In this document: piece by piece, positions 50,190-60,090 of the stretch
Position numbering within the stretch: position 1 is the first letter of the stretch
How the letters are laid out: the number at the start of each line of letters is the position of its first letter
Origin: a virus
Lineage: Duplodnaviria > Caudoviricetes
Length of the DNA: 64,000 nt
Direction: 5' to 3' (one strand)
IMG/VR virus record: IMGVR_UViG_3300037418_001301
Span: 1 to 64,000 of that record
Program-made: the position numbers and the translations under genes
The notes under the pieces: model-generated
The model's database searches: none
Seen by the model: only the letters and a program-made list of their open reading frames with translations
What the model was told of the DNA's origin: nothing

Positions 50190-50992
50190 TTGATACCAGC
50201 GCGCTTTCTGCGCTTCTCTCCGGCTATAACAGCCAGACGCCGGCCATTGCTCCGCCCACTGTGGCGCCGACAGCGACCACAAATCCGTTTGCCAAGTTCG
50301 CAGGCTTGTTCAATGGCGATACCAACTTGGGCGATTACGCTCAAAAGGTCGGCATGGGCCTGTCCAACATGAGCAGCACGGGTGGCGATCCATATCTTGC
50401 CTTTGCGCAAGGATTTGGCGGCACTGCGAAGTTCACCACGGCAGAACAGGCAGCTGCGGCTGCAGCAAAGCAAAAAGAGATCGACAACGCCATTGCTGCG
50501 AACAAATTGGCGATGGATCAGAACCAGTTCGACGCTCGACTAGGGCAGGATCAATCGCAGTTCAATCAGCGGATGGGGCAGGATCAGAGCCAATTCGACA
50601 CTCGCCAGACACAGCAGGCATCGGAATCGGATCGTGACTATGCCCTGAGGCAAGCCGCAGACAAGCGCCAGCAGATGCTTGCCGATCAAGAAGTCAAGAA
50701 GTCCGCAGCCGAGATCGAGCGCATGGCGCGCGGCAATGGGATCACGGTTGATCAACAGCTTCAGATCGAGCGCATCGCGCAGGCTGCGGCTGAGAACATC
50801 GTTGACCCGGAAGAGCGCAAGAAGACCGTTGATGCAGAGCGTCAGCGCCTGACGGACCAATTCAAAACCGGCGATACCAGTCTCAGCAACGGGCCTGGTG
50901 TTTCCGCGCAGGAACAGCAGCCGATGACAGCAACTGGCCCGAATGGCGAAAAGCTCGTTCTCAAGAACGGGCAGTGGGTACCGCTCCAATAA
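50186..50992 (+). CDS. DNA ejection / internal virion protein
   Basis: Q/A-rich coiled coil; C-terminal TGPNGEKLVLKNGQWVP. Confidence 0.65.
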   Translation: MIDTSALSALLSGYNSQTPAIAPPTVAPTATTNPFAKFAGLFNGDTNLGDYAQKVGMGLSNMSSTGGDPYLAFAQGFGGTAKFTTAEQAAAAAAKQKEIDNAIAANKLAMDQNQFDARLGQDQSQFNQRMGQDQSQFDTRQTQQASESDRDYALRQAADKRQQMLADQEVKKSAAEIERMARGNGITVDQQLQIERIAQAAAENIVDPEERKKTVDAERQRLTDQFKTGDTSLSNGPGVSAQEQQPMTATGPNGEKLVLKNGQWVPLQ

Positions 50993-50993
50993 C

Positions 50994-53900
50994 ATGACAG
51001 ATCAAAGCTTGAACACGGTCGGCGCTACTCCGACCGATCTCCCGCCGTTGCCTGAAGGGTTCGCGCTCGACGTGCGCCCTGCTGCGCAGCCGGTAAAGGA
51101 GACGGTGAAGGATACGTTCAGCGTGCCGTCGCTGCCGGATGGATTCAAGCTCGACCAGCCGTCCGCTTCGCCTGTTGGTGATTTCAAGGGCGTTGTCGAG
51201 CGTGGCAACATCGACCTCACCAAGCGTCCCGTTGTAAAGAACGACGATGGTACGATCAGCACCGTCCGTTCCATGTCGTTCGAGGAAAACGGCAAGGAAA
51301 TCCTCGTTCCGACCGTGAGCGATGATGGCAAAATCCTCACCAATGATGAGGCGATCAACCAATACCACAAGACGGGCAAGCATCTTGGCGTCTTCGACAA
51401 TGCAGATGATGCCACGGCCTACGCACAGGCTCTGCATGATGCGCAGGACGCGCACTACAGTGCCGCAAATCCAAAGCCTGTGAATAACGCCCCGGTCGAA
51501 CAGCAGATGGAGGACTTCGTCAAGAAGCAGCGCAAGGCTGGCACGCTTGGGACGACCGATAGCCTAGACAAGAACACCGTCAATTTCGCGAAAGGATTGG
51601 GCGAAAACATCGTCAAGCTGGAAGGCTCGGCAGTTCGCGGCATGTCGTTGTTGCCTGGAAATGACCCGGTTGATGATTTTATCTATTGGCTCACAGGCAA
51701 GGAAAAGCCTGCCAATTATCCAACGCCAGAACGGGTGAACAAAGCCACCCAAGAAGTGGCGAAGCAGATGGAGAATGTCGATTTCGGGTTTGATCCCGGC
51801 GACACATGGGAGGACGTGAAAAAGGCCCCAGCCTCAAAATTCATTCCGTGGGCACTGAAGAACGGCTTGCTATCCGCTCCTGATATGGCTGCCATGATGG
51901 TTTCATTCCCTGGTTATGCGGCGGTAAGGGCGGGATCATTGGCCCAACAGCGCGCGCAAAATGACCAGCGCGAGAATGCGACCGTTGGGGATATGCTTGT
52001 TGCCCTACCTGCATCGACAGCATCAGCTCTGCTTGATCGCATCGGTGCCAAGGGAATGTTTGGCATTGATGAAGCCGCAGTCCAAAGCATGAAGCAACTG
52101 CTGAAGGAAGGCGGAAAAGCAGCGACGAAAGAGGGAACGACCGAAGCTGCGCAGCAAGTTATTGAAGATGTTGCCACGGACGCTGGCACAAAGAAGGGCT
52201 TTGACCCGAAACGGACGGCCGAGAATGCCTTGGCTTCGTTCGTTGGCGGCTCGGTGTTTGGCGGTGTTACTCGTGGTGTTGAAGGCGCAACGGAACTCAA
52301 CGCGCATGCCAAGACCGGCAAGGTAGGTGCCTCCGATCTACCCCCACTCCCAGAGGGCTTCACCCTCGATCCTACAATTCAGAAAACCGACCGTTTGCCT
52401 CAAGAAGGCAAGCAGGGCGAAACGGTTGAGACGTCCGTCCTCCCCGGCCAGGCTCCCGTAACGCGAGACGGCAGCGAGGAGAAGGTTTCGCCTCCCGAAT
52501 CCTTGCTGCCGTCCATCTCTCCTGAGGAAAGGGCTATTCTCCGCCGCACTTCCATCCCAGACGAAGATATCGATGCGATGTCGCGGCCGGAGATTGAGCA
52601 AAAGGTTGCCGAGGCCCGCGCCGCCAATATCAAAGTCAACCCGGCGATGATCAACAAGGCGGCTCAATACAGCCCGCCAGAAGCGGTCACGCCTGCGGAC
52701 GCCGCACAGCCGCCATTGATCGCAGAAGCCACTCCTGAACGTCCTGTGGCTGAAAGCGTGCCCATCCCGGAAGCGCGGCCGGTTTTGTCTCCCGAGGATG
52801 AGGCGGCACTTCAGGATGCGACGAAACAATCCGTGGCCGAAGACCGGCAAGCACAGATCGACCGTGCGGTAAATCCCGAAGTTCAGCAGCAACTTGCAAA
52901 AACCGTTCAAGACCAACTTGAGCAGGATCGCAATCAGGCCGCTGATCAAGCGCTGGCTTATGCCGAGCCCGATCTTTCGAAGGCCGTCCAGCAGTCGGTT
53001 GATGAGGATTTGAAAGGCGATGGAACACGGCAGTCTCCTGTTGTCGTCCAGCAACCGGCCCATATCGATGTCGCTGCTCAGCAGGTCAATACCGAGCCTA
53101 GCGATGCCCAAAGAGAGGCAAACAATTACAAGCACGGTCACATCAAGATTTCTGGGATCGACATAACGCTTGAGAACCCGAAAGGTTCTTTGCGATCTGG
53201 CGTCTCCCCGAAAGGCGAACGCTGGCAAGTCGAAATGCCAGCCCATTATGGGTATGCAAAGGGCTCTGTGGGACGAGATGGCGATCAGGTAGATACCTAT
53301 ATCGGCGATAACCCGCAGTCCAAGCGAGTCTATGTCATCGACCAGAAGGATTTGAACACTCGCAGGTTTGATGAGCACAAGGCGGTGCTTGGCGTCAATT
53401 CCGTCACTGAGGCGCGTGATCTCTATGCGCGTGGCTTCTCCGATGGCATGGGTGCAGACCGCATCGGCGGCATTACCCCGATGACCATTTCCGAATTCAG
53501 GAAATGGCTGGCATCGGATGAAACCACCAAGCCGCTCGCCATGGGCAAGCCGAAGGTCCGCACCAACGAAGAAGGCTTCCCGATCGACATCAATGGCAAC
53601 GTCAAGAAGCCCGACAGCCTTATTGAATTTCTCGCCCGCAAAGGTGGCGTCCGCGAGGATCATGGCGAACTCTCCGTTCTTGGCCTTCGTGACCGCAAGA
53701 GCGGGTTTGTCGTCGGCGCTGGACCACTGATCCGCCGTAACGGCATGACAGTGGACAAGGCGCGTGAGGCCGCTGCCGAGGCCGGCTACCTGCCCATGGT
53801 GTCTTCACTCAAGGATTTCTACGATGCGCTGGATCAGGACGCCCGGTCAGGTCGACAGGTTTTTTCGCAGTATGACGATGACCACGCGGCTCGCTGGCGT

Positions 53901-56900
53901 GAAGCGCAAGGCGGAGAAGCAAGAAAAGCAGAAGAAGACGCCTCCCGTAGCGAAGCCTACGACCGCCTGAAAGCAGACGGTTTCCCGGTTGACGAAGGCG
54001 CGGACTACGTCGATCGTGTCGCCGCACACATGGCCAATGGTCAAACCTACGAAGATGCGGTAGAGTTGGCATACCAGAACATCGGTGCGGAACAGCCAGA
54101 AGTCGCCGATATCCCGTTCTTCGGAGAAGACGTAAATGAAACTGTCGCCGGAACAGCACCTGTCGATCGTGCGCCAAGTCGAGCAGAAGGCGAACGCGAC
54201 CAACGATCCATCGATTCAAGCTCAATTGAAGCGGATCGCCAAACTGGGCAGGTTCGTGGCGAAGGTGGGCCGGAAGTATCGGGCAGCCGAGGCGAGCAAG
54301 ACGGCGGACGCGGCGATCAGCAAGGCACGGCTCAGCGCGAAAAGTCTCAGCCGCAAGAGCCTGTAGCCGAGCGCGGCGCTCTTCCGTCCGGATTCACGAC
54401 ATCGATGGGTTCGACGTATACCGTTCATGAGGACGGCACAACTACCCGCGACAAGGCCGCTCGAAGCACTCCCGGCCATGAAGGCGACAGCGGGCTAAAG
54501 GCTCGAACCGAAAAGACCATTTACACGGATGCGAATGCTGGCGCACTGAGCGCGGCGGGCCTGACGTTTGCCCCCGGCAGCAAGGGCGCGCGTGTAGTCA
54601 TCAGGAATGGCAAGGCATCGCTCGCTACATGGAACGTGAAGGAAAACCGTTGGGGCGTTTCCGAGGGTAGCCGTGATATCCAGTTCTTCAATGAGCCTGC
54701 GGTTGGCCGCTACCCGTTGGAACTCTGGAAGTCTGCGGATGATGTTCCCGGTTACGAAGCCTATGCGAAGATGCATGCCGGCAACAAGATCACAGAGATT
54801 TCCAGTGGCAAGGAGCCCGTAAGCGAAGCCGGAGCAGACAACAAGCAGCAACTCGTCATTCCCGGAGCAGAGCGAGCCTCTGACGCGACTATGGCTCAAC
54901 GCGGGGCAGATGCCGCCCTCAAGCCAAAGGTCGCGCAGAAGGAGCCCGCTGGGCTGTTTAGCGATGAGCGGAACCAGGGCGACTTGCTGGATTTGGCGAA
55001 GAAGCCAGCTCAGCGCGAGGAAGCTAAGGTTGAGCCCGCAGAGCCGGAAGCCAAAGCCGCCACGTCGGAAGAGCCAAAGAAGCTTGTCCCGCCGTCAGTC
55101 GTCTATCACGGCACGTCAACAGGCGGATTCGATGCCTTCGACACATACCAGGGCAAATACGGCCTATTCGGTAGCGGTGGCTATTTCACCGAAGATCCAA
55201 ACATCGCGCTCGAATACACCCGCAAGGGCAGGGGCGAGAAGCCGACGGTCTATTCCGCCAAACTCAATGTCAAAAACGCGTTGGACATGGACGCCAAGGC
55301 CGATGTTGCGGCTTGGGAGAAAGCGTTCCCAGACCATTTCGACCCGGATAACCTTCCCGAGAATGCCACCAACGAGCAGGCCTATCGCGAAGTCGAAGAA
55401 ATGCTCTCGCAGGATATGATCCCTGACTACGAGGGCGCCGAGACCATGCAGGACGGCGTTCAGAGCATGGGTTATGACGCCATCACGCATATCGGTGGTG
55501 GTCGTCACAAGGCTTCCAAAGGTACGAAGCACCGTGTTTGGATCGTGTTTGATCCTGAACAGGTCACCAATTTCAAGGAAGAGGAACGGCATTATTCGGC
55601 AAATCCAGCCGGCTGGGATACCGCTGGCGAAATGGACGCCAAGCCGCTGCTCTCGAAAGCCGATCAGCGGGAACTCGTAGATATCGTCCGCACCACGGCT
55701 GGCCTCGACCCCGAATTTGTCGATACGATCAAAATCCCCGAAGGTGGCGCAAAGGGTTGGGGCAATCTAAATTCTTCAACGGCAGCCGGCGCTTACAGCC
55801 CGATGCGCGATATCGTCACGCTTGCGCTCGACAGCGCGACCAAAAAATCCGCCCAACACGAATCCTTCCATCGCCTTCAAAACCTGTTCCTCACCGAAAA
55901 AGAGCGCAGGGTTCTGAAAGCAGAAGAGCCTCGCCTGCGGAAGATGATTGCCGACAGCACTACCTACGGGCAAGATGTTGCCGCCAAGATGAGCCGCAAG
56001 GAAGTCGAAGCGGAAGCCTACGCCATGTGGGCAACAGCGAAGAAAAAGCAGGAATCCGCGCCGAAAATCCATATCGCGCTGCGCAAAGCGTGGAACAGCA
56101 TTGCCACCATGCTTGAGCGCGTCCGCAATTACCTCAATGGGCGTGGTTTCCAGACTTTGGAGGACGTGTTTGGCAAGGCGAAAACGGGTGAGATTGCCAA
56201 GCGCCCAAAGCGCCAAAGCCAGAGCACTGATACGCAATATGCGATCACGGACGAGCGCGGCCCTGTTGCCGAACCGGATACCGGCACCGTCACTCCAGGC
56301 GCTGCCATCGGCACCCGTATCAACGATTATCTCAACGCCGCCAGCAAGGCGCTTGCCTCAAAGATCAAATCCAAGGGCAGCCGTTTTGATCGCTCAACAG
56401 CAGAAGACGGAGAAACCACCGCCCAGCTCGCGCACCGCAAGATCGTGGACTATCTCTCCCCGGTAAAGCAGATGCAGGAGAAGGTTGGCGGCAACCTCAA
56501 TGATCTGGCAAACGCCTATCAGACGGCTCGGCTGGCGGAAGGAACGATCCGCCACGAAATCCACCAGATCGATGACAAGTACGTAACGCCTGCCGTTGAT
56601 GCACTGGCAGCCGTAGGAGCATCACTGGAGGACTTGCACAAGTACATGTACGCCATGCACGTCCCGGAGCGTAACCGTGTCGTAGGGCTGCGCAATGGTG
56701 AGGAAGGCAAGCAGATCGAATTTTCGGAAGTTGATGGAACGTGGAAGATCGGTAGCGGGCCGGTAAGTGACGGGAAACGGGAGCAGTTATTCCGTGCAGC
56801 TACTGACCCAACTGTCCGCGGCGCGTCTGGTATGTCCACCAATGAGGCAAAGGACATCATCCGCGAACTCTCCCAAGATCGTGAAAAGTTCATGGGCATC

Positions 56901-59174
56901 CGCCGTGCGGCCTCGCATATCCGCGCCATGCTCGACAACTCGCTTGAGACGCAGCTCAAGAACGGCCTAATCAACAAGGAAACCTATGACCGCCTGACAA
57001 GCCAATGGCAGAACTATGTTCCGCTCCGCGCCGAAAGCGATGAGGACGGCGTAGGCGGCTCGTTCCCGTCCAAGTCTCGCGGCTTCGATGTCCGCGGCGA
57101 CGAATTCAAGGGCGCAACGGGAAGATTCACGCCGGCTGACAACGTTGTGGTCTACTCCATCAACAACGCCGAGCAGAGCGTTATTCGTGGCGAAAAGAAC
57201 AAGGCTGCCACCGCAGCGCTGCGCTTCATCAACCAGTTCGATCCAAAGGGCGAAAACATCGCACAGGTCTATTGGTCAGATCAGCCGGAGCAGTTGGGCG
57301 ATATCACCAAGGCCCCGGCCGTTTATCGCCGGGTGATCGGTTCGGATGGCAAGGTTACTCAGCGCAAGGTCAATGACTTCCAGATGCGTGACGATGTCTT
57401 GGCCGCAAAGGTGGGCGGAAAGACGTACTACATGCGCTTTGCCGACCCCAAAGTGGGCTTGGCGCTCAAGAAGATGACGTTCTCGGAATTGGGTGTTGCG
57501 CTCAAACTGGTAAAGACCGTCTCCAACTGGCAATCGCTTATCAACACCAGGGCGAATCCGGCTTTCATCCCTCTCAACCTAATCCGCGACGTTCAGACCG
57601 GCGCTACTCTGGCCCTTTCAAAGGGCTTCAGCACGGGCGAGATAGCCAAGACCGTCGGCAATATCCCGAATGCTTGGGGCGCTCTCTGGCGTCATGCTCG
57701 TGGCAAAGAAGGCAATGGCGTCTGGGATACCCGCTTGCAGGACTTCATGTCAGCCGGCGGCAAGATTTCCTTTGATCAATACAATTCGATCGAAGACACC
57801 CTCAAGAAATTGCAAAAGGACGTGGCACGGCGCACGGGCGGCAGCAAGCCGAAAGAGGCATGGAATGCCGTCGTCAAGCTGGTTACGGATCTGAACGACA
57901 CGATCGAGAACGGCATGCGCCTGGCCGTCTTCAGTGCCAGCCGAGCACGGGGAGATACGTCTAAACAGGCAGCATTCCTCGCTCGTGACCTCACCGTCGA
58001 TTTCCAGAAGAAGGGCGAAATCGCGCCGAGCATGAATGCGCTCTACACCTTCTTCAATGCATCGGTGCAGGGCAATTATAACTTCGCCAAAGGCTTGGTC
58101 CGGTCACGCAAGGTCCGCGCCGCGATGATGGGCCTGATCGTTGCCGGCTATGCGCAGCATCTCTGGAACCTCGCCATGGCCGGCGATGACGACGATGGCG
58201 AGAATGCCTACAAGAAAATGCTCCGCAATGAGCCGTGGAAGTTCGAACGGCAGATGGTGTTCTTCCTGCCTGGTCGAAAGGATTACATCACGATCCCACT
58301 CGGTTTCGGGCTCAACGCCTTCTGGCATCTCGGGGTAGAGGGCGGCGCGGTGACTTCTGGAGTAAAGGGTTTCCTGCCTGCTGCGCTCGATAGTACCCGC
58401 GTTGCCTTCGATGCATTCAATCCGCTCGGCTCTGGTGGATGGGTTGGCATGGTGCTGCCATCGATCATCGACCCGATCTGGGAACTTGGCACCAACCAGG
58501 ATTTCACGGGGCGACCGATCTATCCGAGCGAAAACCAGTTCGACCCGGCACCGCCCCCGAAAAGCGAGCAGGCGTTCAAATCTACCGCCCCAGCCTTCAA
58601 GGTTGCAGCGAAAACGCTCAACAGCCTTACGGGCGGCAACGACAAGGAACCAGGCGCGGTCGATGTCTACCCGGACTCGCTCGAATATCTCTGGGGCTGG
58701 TTTTCTGGCGGCTTGGGCCGGTTTGTCTCTCAGTCCGGAGAAACCGCGCAACGCGCTGTCAATCTGGAGTTCGAGCCCAAAAAGACGCCATTCATCCGCT
58801 CTTTCTATGGCGAGACGGACGACCAGACCCATCGCGCCGAATACTACAACGAGCGCGAACGGGTCCAATACGCCGCTGGCAAGATGAAAGAATATGAGGA
58901 TGCCGGGAACAAGGAAGACACGGCTAATTTCTTGGCAAGCCACAAGCAGGACCTTGATTCCGCCTATGCATTCGAACAGGCCGAAAAGCAGCGCAAAAAG
59001 ATCAACAAAGAGCGCCGCCAGCTCGAAAAGTCGAAAATGCCGCAGGATAAGATCGACAACGAGTTAGATCGCCTGAACGATCTTGAACTTGAAATCATGG
59101 ACGACGCCCGCAAGGAGTATTTCAAGGCTCAGCAGAAAGCCGCAGCGAAGGATCAATTGCAACAAGCGCAGTGA
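50994..59174 (+). CDS. Giant polyvalent virion protein (PPase-like, ADP-ribosyltransferase-like, HExxH metallopeptidase, LPD38-like)
   Basis: ENPKGS.RSG...HYGY..G..G.DGD.VD; VYHGT...G.G.YFTED...IVFDPEQV; HESFH; C-terminal YITIPLGFGLN. Confidence 0.85.
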   Translation: MTDQSLNTVGATPTDLPPLPEGFALDVRPAAQPVKETVKDTFSVPSLPDGFKLDQPSASPVGDFKGVVERGNIDLTKRPVVKNDDGTISTVRSMSFEENGKEILVPTVSDDGKILTNDEAINQYHKTGKHLGVFDNADDATAYAQALHDAQDAHYSAANPKPVNNAPVEQQMEDFVKKQRKAGTLGTTDSLDKNTVNFAKGLGENIVKLEGSAVRGMSLLPGNDPVDDFIYWLTGKEKPANYPTPERVNKATQEVAKQMENVDFGFDPGDTWEDVKKAPASKFIPWALKNGLLSAPDMAAMMVSFPGYAAVRAGSLAQQRAQNDQRENATVGDMLVALPASTASALLDRIGAKGMFGIDEAAVQSMKQLLKEGGKAATKEGTTEAAQQVIEDVATDAGTKKGFDPKRTAENALASFVGGSVFGGVTRGVEGATELNAHAKTGKVGASDLPPLPEGFTLDPTIQKTDRLPQEGKQGETVETSVLPGQAPVTRDGSEEKVSPPESLLPSISPEERAILRRTSIPDEDIDAMSRPEIEQKVAEARAANIKVNPAMINKAAQYSPPEAVTPADAAQPPLIAEATPERPVAESVPIPEARPVLSPEDEAALQDATKQSVAEDRQAQIDRAVNPEVQQQLAKTVQDQLEQDRNQAADQALAYAEPDLSKAVQQSVDEDLKGDGTRQSPVVVQQPAHIDVAAQQVNTEPSDAQREANNYKHGHIKISGIDITLENPKGSLRSGVSPKGERWQVEMPAHYGYAKGSVGRDGDQVDTYIGDNPQSKRVYVIDQKDLNTRRFDEHKAVLGVNSVTEARDLYARGFSDGMGADRIGGITPMTISEFRKWLASDETTKPLAMGKPKVRTNEEGFPIDINGNVKKPDSLIEFLARKGGVREDHGELSVLGLRDRKSGFVVGAGPLIRRNGMTVDKAREAAAEAGYLPMVSSLKDFYDALDQDARSGRQVFSQYDDDHAARWREAQGGEARKAEEDASRSEAYDRLKADGFPVDEGADYVDRVAAHMANGQTYEDAVELAYQNIGAEQPEVADIPFFGEDVNETVAGTAPVDRAPSRAEGERDQRSIDSSSIEADRQTGQVRGEGGPEVSGSRGEQDGGRGDQQGTAQREKSQPQEPVAERGALPSGFTTSMGSTYTVHEDGTTTRDKAARSTPGHEGDSGLKARTEKTIYTDANAGALSAAGLTFAPGSKGARVVIRNGKASLATWNVKENRWGVSEGSRDIQFFNEPAVGRYPLELWKSADDVPGYEAYAKMHAGNKITEISSGKEPVSEAGADNKQQLVIPGAERASDATMAQRGADAALKPKVAQKEPAGLFSDERNQGDLLDLAKKPAQREEAKVEPAEPEAKAATSEEPKKLVPPSVVYHGTSTGGFDAFDTYQGKYGLFGSGGYFTEDPNIALEYTRKGRGEKPTVYSAKLNVKNALDMDAKADVAAWEKAFPDHFDPDNLPENATNEQAYREVEEMLSQDMIPDYEGAETMQDGVQSMGYDAITHIGGGRHKASKGTKHRVWIVFDPEQVTNFKEEERHYSANPAGWDTAGEMDAKPLLSKADQRELVDIVRTTAGLDPEFVDTIKIPEGGAKGWGNLNSSTAAGAYSPMRDIVTLALDSATKKSAQHESFHRLQNLFLTEKERRVLKAEEPRLRKMIADSTTYGQDVAAKMSRKEVEAEAYAMWATAKKKQESAPKIHIALRKAWNSIATMLERVRNYLNGRGFQTLEDVFGKAKTGEIAKRPKRQSQSTDTQYAITDERGPVAEPDTGTVTPGAAIGTRINDYLNAASKALASKIKSKGSRFDRSTAEDGETTAQLAHRKIVDYLSPVKQMQEKVGGNLNDLANAYQTARLAEGTIRHEIHQIDDKYVTPAVDALAAVGASLEDLHKYMYAMHVPERNRVVGLRNGEEGKQIEFSEVDGTWKIGSGPVSDGKREQLFRAATDPTVRGASGMSTNEAKDIIRELSQDREKFMGIRRAASHIRAMLDNSLETQLKNGLINKETYDRLTSQWQNYVPLRAESDEDGVGGSFPSKSRGFDVRGDEFKGATGRFTPADNVVVYSINNAEQSVIRGEKNKAATAALRFINQFDPKGENIAQVYWSDQPEQLGDITKAPAVYRRVIGSDGKVTQRKVNDFQMRDDVLAAKVGGKTYYMRFADPKVGLALKKMTFSELGVALKLVKTVSNWQSLINTRANPAFIPLNLIRDVQTGATLALSKGFSTGEIAKTVGNIPNAWGALWRHARGKEGNGVWDTRLQDFMSAGGKISFDQYNSIEDTLKKLQKDVARRTGGSKPKEAWNAVVKLVTDLNDTIENGMRLAVFSASRARGDTSKQAAFLARDLTVDFQKKGEIAPSMNALYTFFNASVQGNYNFAKGLVRSRKVRAAMMGLIVAGYAQHLWNLAMAGDDDDGENAYKKMLRNEPWKFERQMVFFLPGRKDYITIPLGFGLNAFWHLGVEGGAVTSGVKGFLPAALDSTRVAFDAFNPLGSGGWVGMVLPSIIDPIWELGTNQDFTGRPIYPSENQFDPAPPPKSEQAFKSTAPAFKVAAKTLNSLTGGNDKEPGAVDVYPDSLEYLWGWFSGGLGRFVSQSGETAQRAVNLEFEPKKTPFIRSFYGETDDQTHRAEYYNERERVQYAAGKMKEYEDAGNKEDTANFLASHKQDLDSAYAFEQAEKQRKKINKERRQLEKSKMPQDKIDNELDRLNDLELEIMDDARKEYFKAQQKAAAKDQLQQAQ

Positions 59175-60025
59175 CGATCTATGTTAGTTGCATGCGCTTG
59201 TTGAACATTTTCCTCGGTATTGCCCTCCTGTCCGCCTCTTCGTCGGCGGAAGCGGCTTCTTTCAGCCATTCGTATGACAAAACTGGGAACCCAGTTGTCA
59301 ATCTGAGTGGCGAGATACTGCCCGGCGACGATCTGAAGTTTGCCTCCGCCATCGGTGGGGATGATCACCTCACAATATCGCTGAACAGTTTTGGCGGCGA
59401 CACCCTGGCGGCTCTGGCGATTGGACGGCAGATCAGGAGCAAAAAATACTCCACAGTGGTTCCTTCTGGGGCCATCTGTGGATCGGCATGCGCCCTGATC
59501 TGGCTTGCTGGCGAGAGAAGGATACTCTCTGGCACTGCAAGAGTAGGCTTCCATGGGGCATTCAGGAAGCAGGGCAGCGCGTATGTCGTCAGCCCAGAAG
59601 GGGATGCCCTGATTGGCGCGTATCTCAATTGGTTGGGATATGGGGTTGCCGCCATCGTGTATTTTACGGAATCGCCGCAGGACAAGGCGCACTGGTTAAG
59701 TCCTGACGCCGCAAAGCGGATCGGTTTTGTCTATGAGCAAGAACCGCAGGCCGAAAACACTTCGACCTTGAACATCATGGTCAAGCCTGAAAGACGTCCG
59801 CGGTTGATGACTGACTGGATGCCGCCTGGCAAGGGGGTTGAAATCCCCTATGAGGCGTACATCACCTACAGCAACCGCACCTTTTTCGCCTGCCAGTCGA
59901 GTTGCCAGAACGACCCGATGTGCAAGGCGATAAACTACGGCAAAGACGGATCGTGCAGCCTTCTCGATGGCAGTTCGTTCGGCCATCCGAACGAATACAT
60001 GACTTCTTGGGAGCGGAAGAACTAA
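59171..60025 (+). CDS. Exported protein, ClpP/crotonase-like domain plus PAN/apple-like domain (moron)
   Basis: Signal peptide; LNSFGG...A..IG..IR, CGSAC.LIWLAG..R; C...C..DPMC.A.NY...C. Confidence 0.75.
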   Translation: MTIYVSCMRLLNIFLGIALLSASSSAEAASFSHSYDKTGNPVVNLSGEILPGDDLKFASAIGGDDHLTISLNSFGGDTLAALAIGRQIRSKKYSTVVPSGAICGSACALIWLAGERRILSGTARVGFHGAFRKQGSAYVVSPEGDALIGAYLNWLGYGVAAIVYFTESPQDKAHWLSPDAAKRIGFVYEQEPQAENTSTLNIMVKPERRPRLMTDWMPPGKGVEIPYEAYITYSNRTFFACQSSCQNDPMCKAINYGKDGSCSLLDGSSFGHPNEYMTSWERKN

Positions 60026-60052
60026 AACCGCTCACGTCTAAAAGACAGCAAC

Positions 60053-60079
60053 AGGCTCCTTCGGGAGCCTTTTTTGTTT
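60053..60079 (+). terminator. Rho-independent terminator
   Basis: AGGCTCC-TTCG-GGAGCCT followed by TTTTTGTTT. Confidence 0.9.
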
Positions 60080-60090
60080 GGGAAAATTGA

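Noticed and set aside
50520-50610. Repeat as a CRISPR or DGR element
   Set aside because: It is an in-frame 11-aa coding repeat (QSQFxxRxGQD); there are no spacers, cas genes or reverse transcriptase in the window.
52338-58943. Long minus-strand ORFs opposite the giant gene (e.g. 52338-53663, 58104-58943)
   Set aside because: Codon-bias shadows with no recognisable domains.
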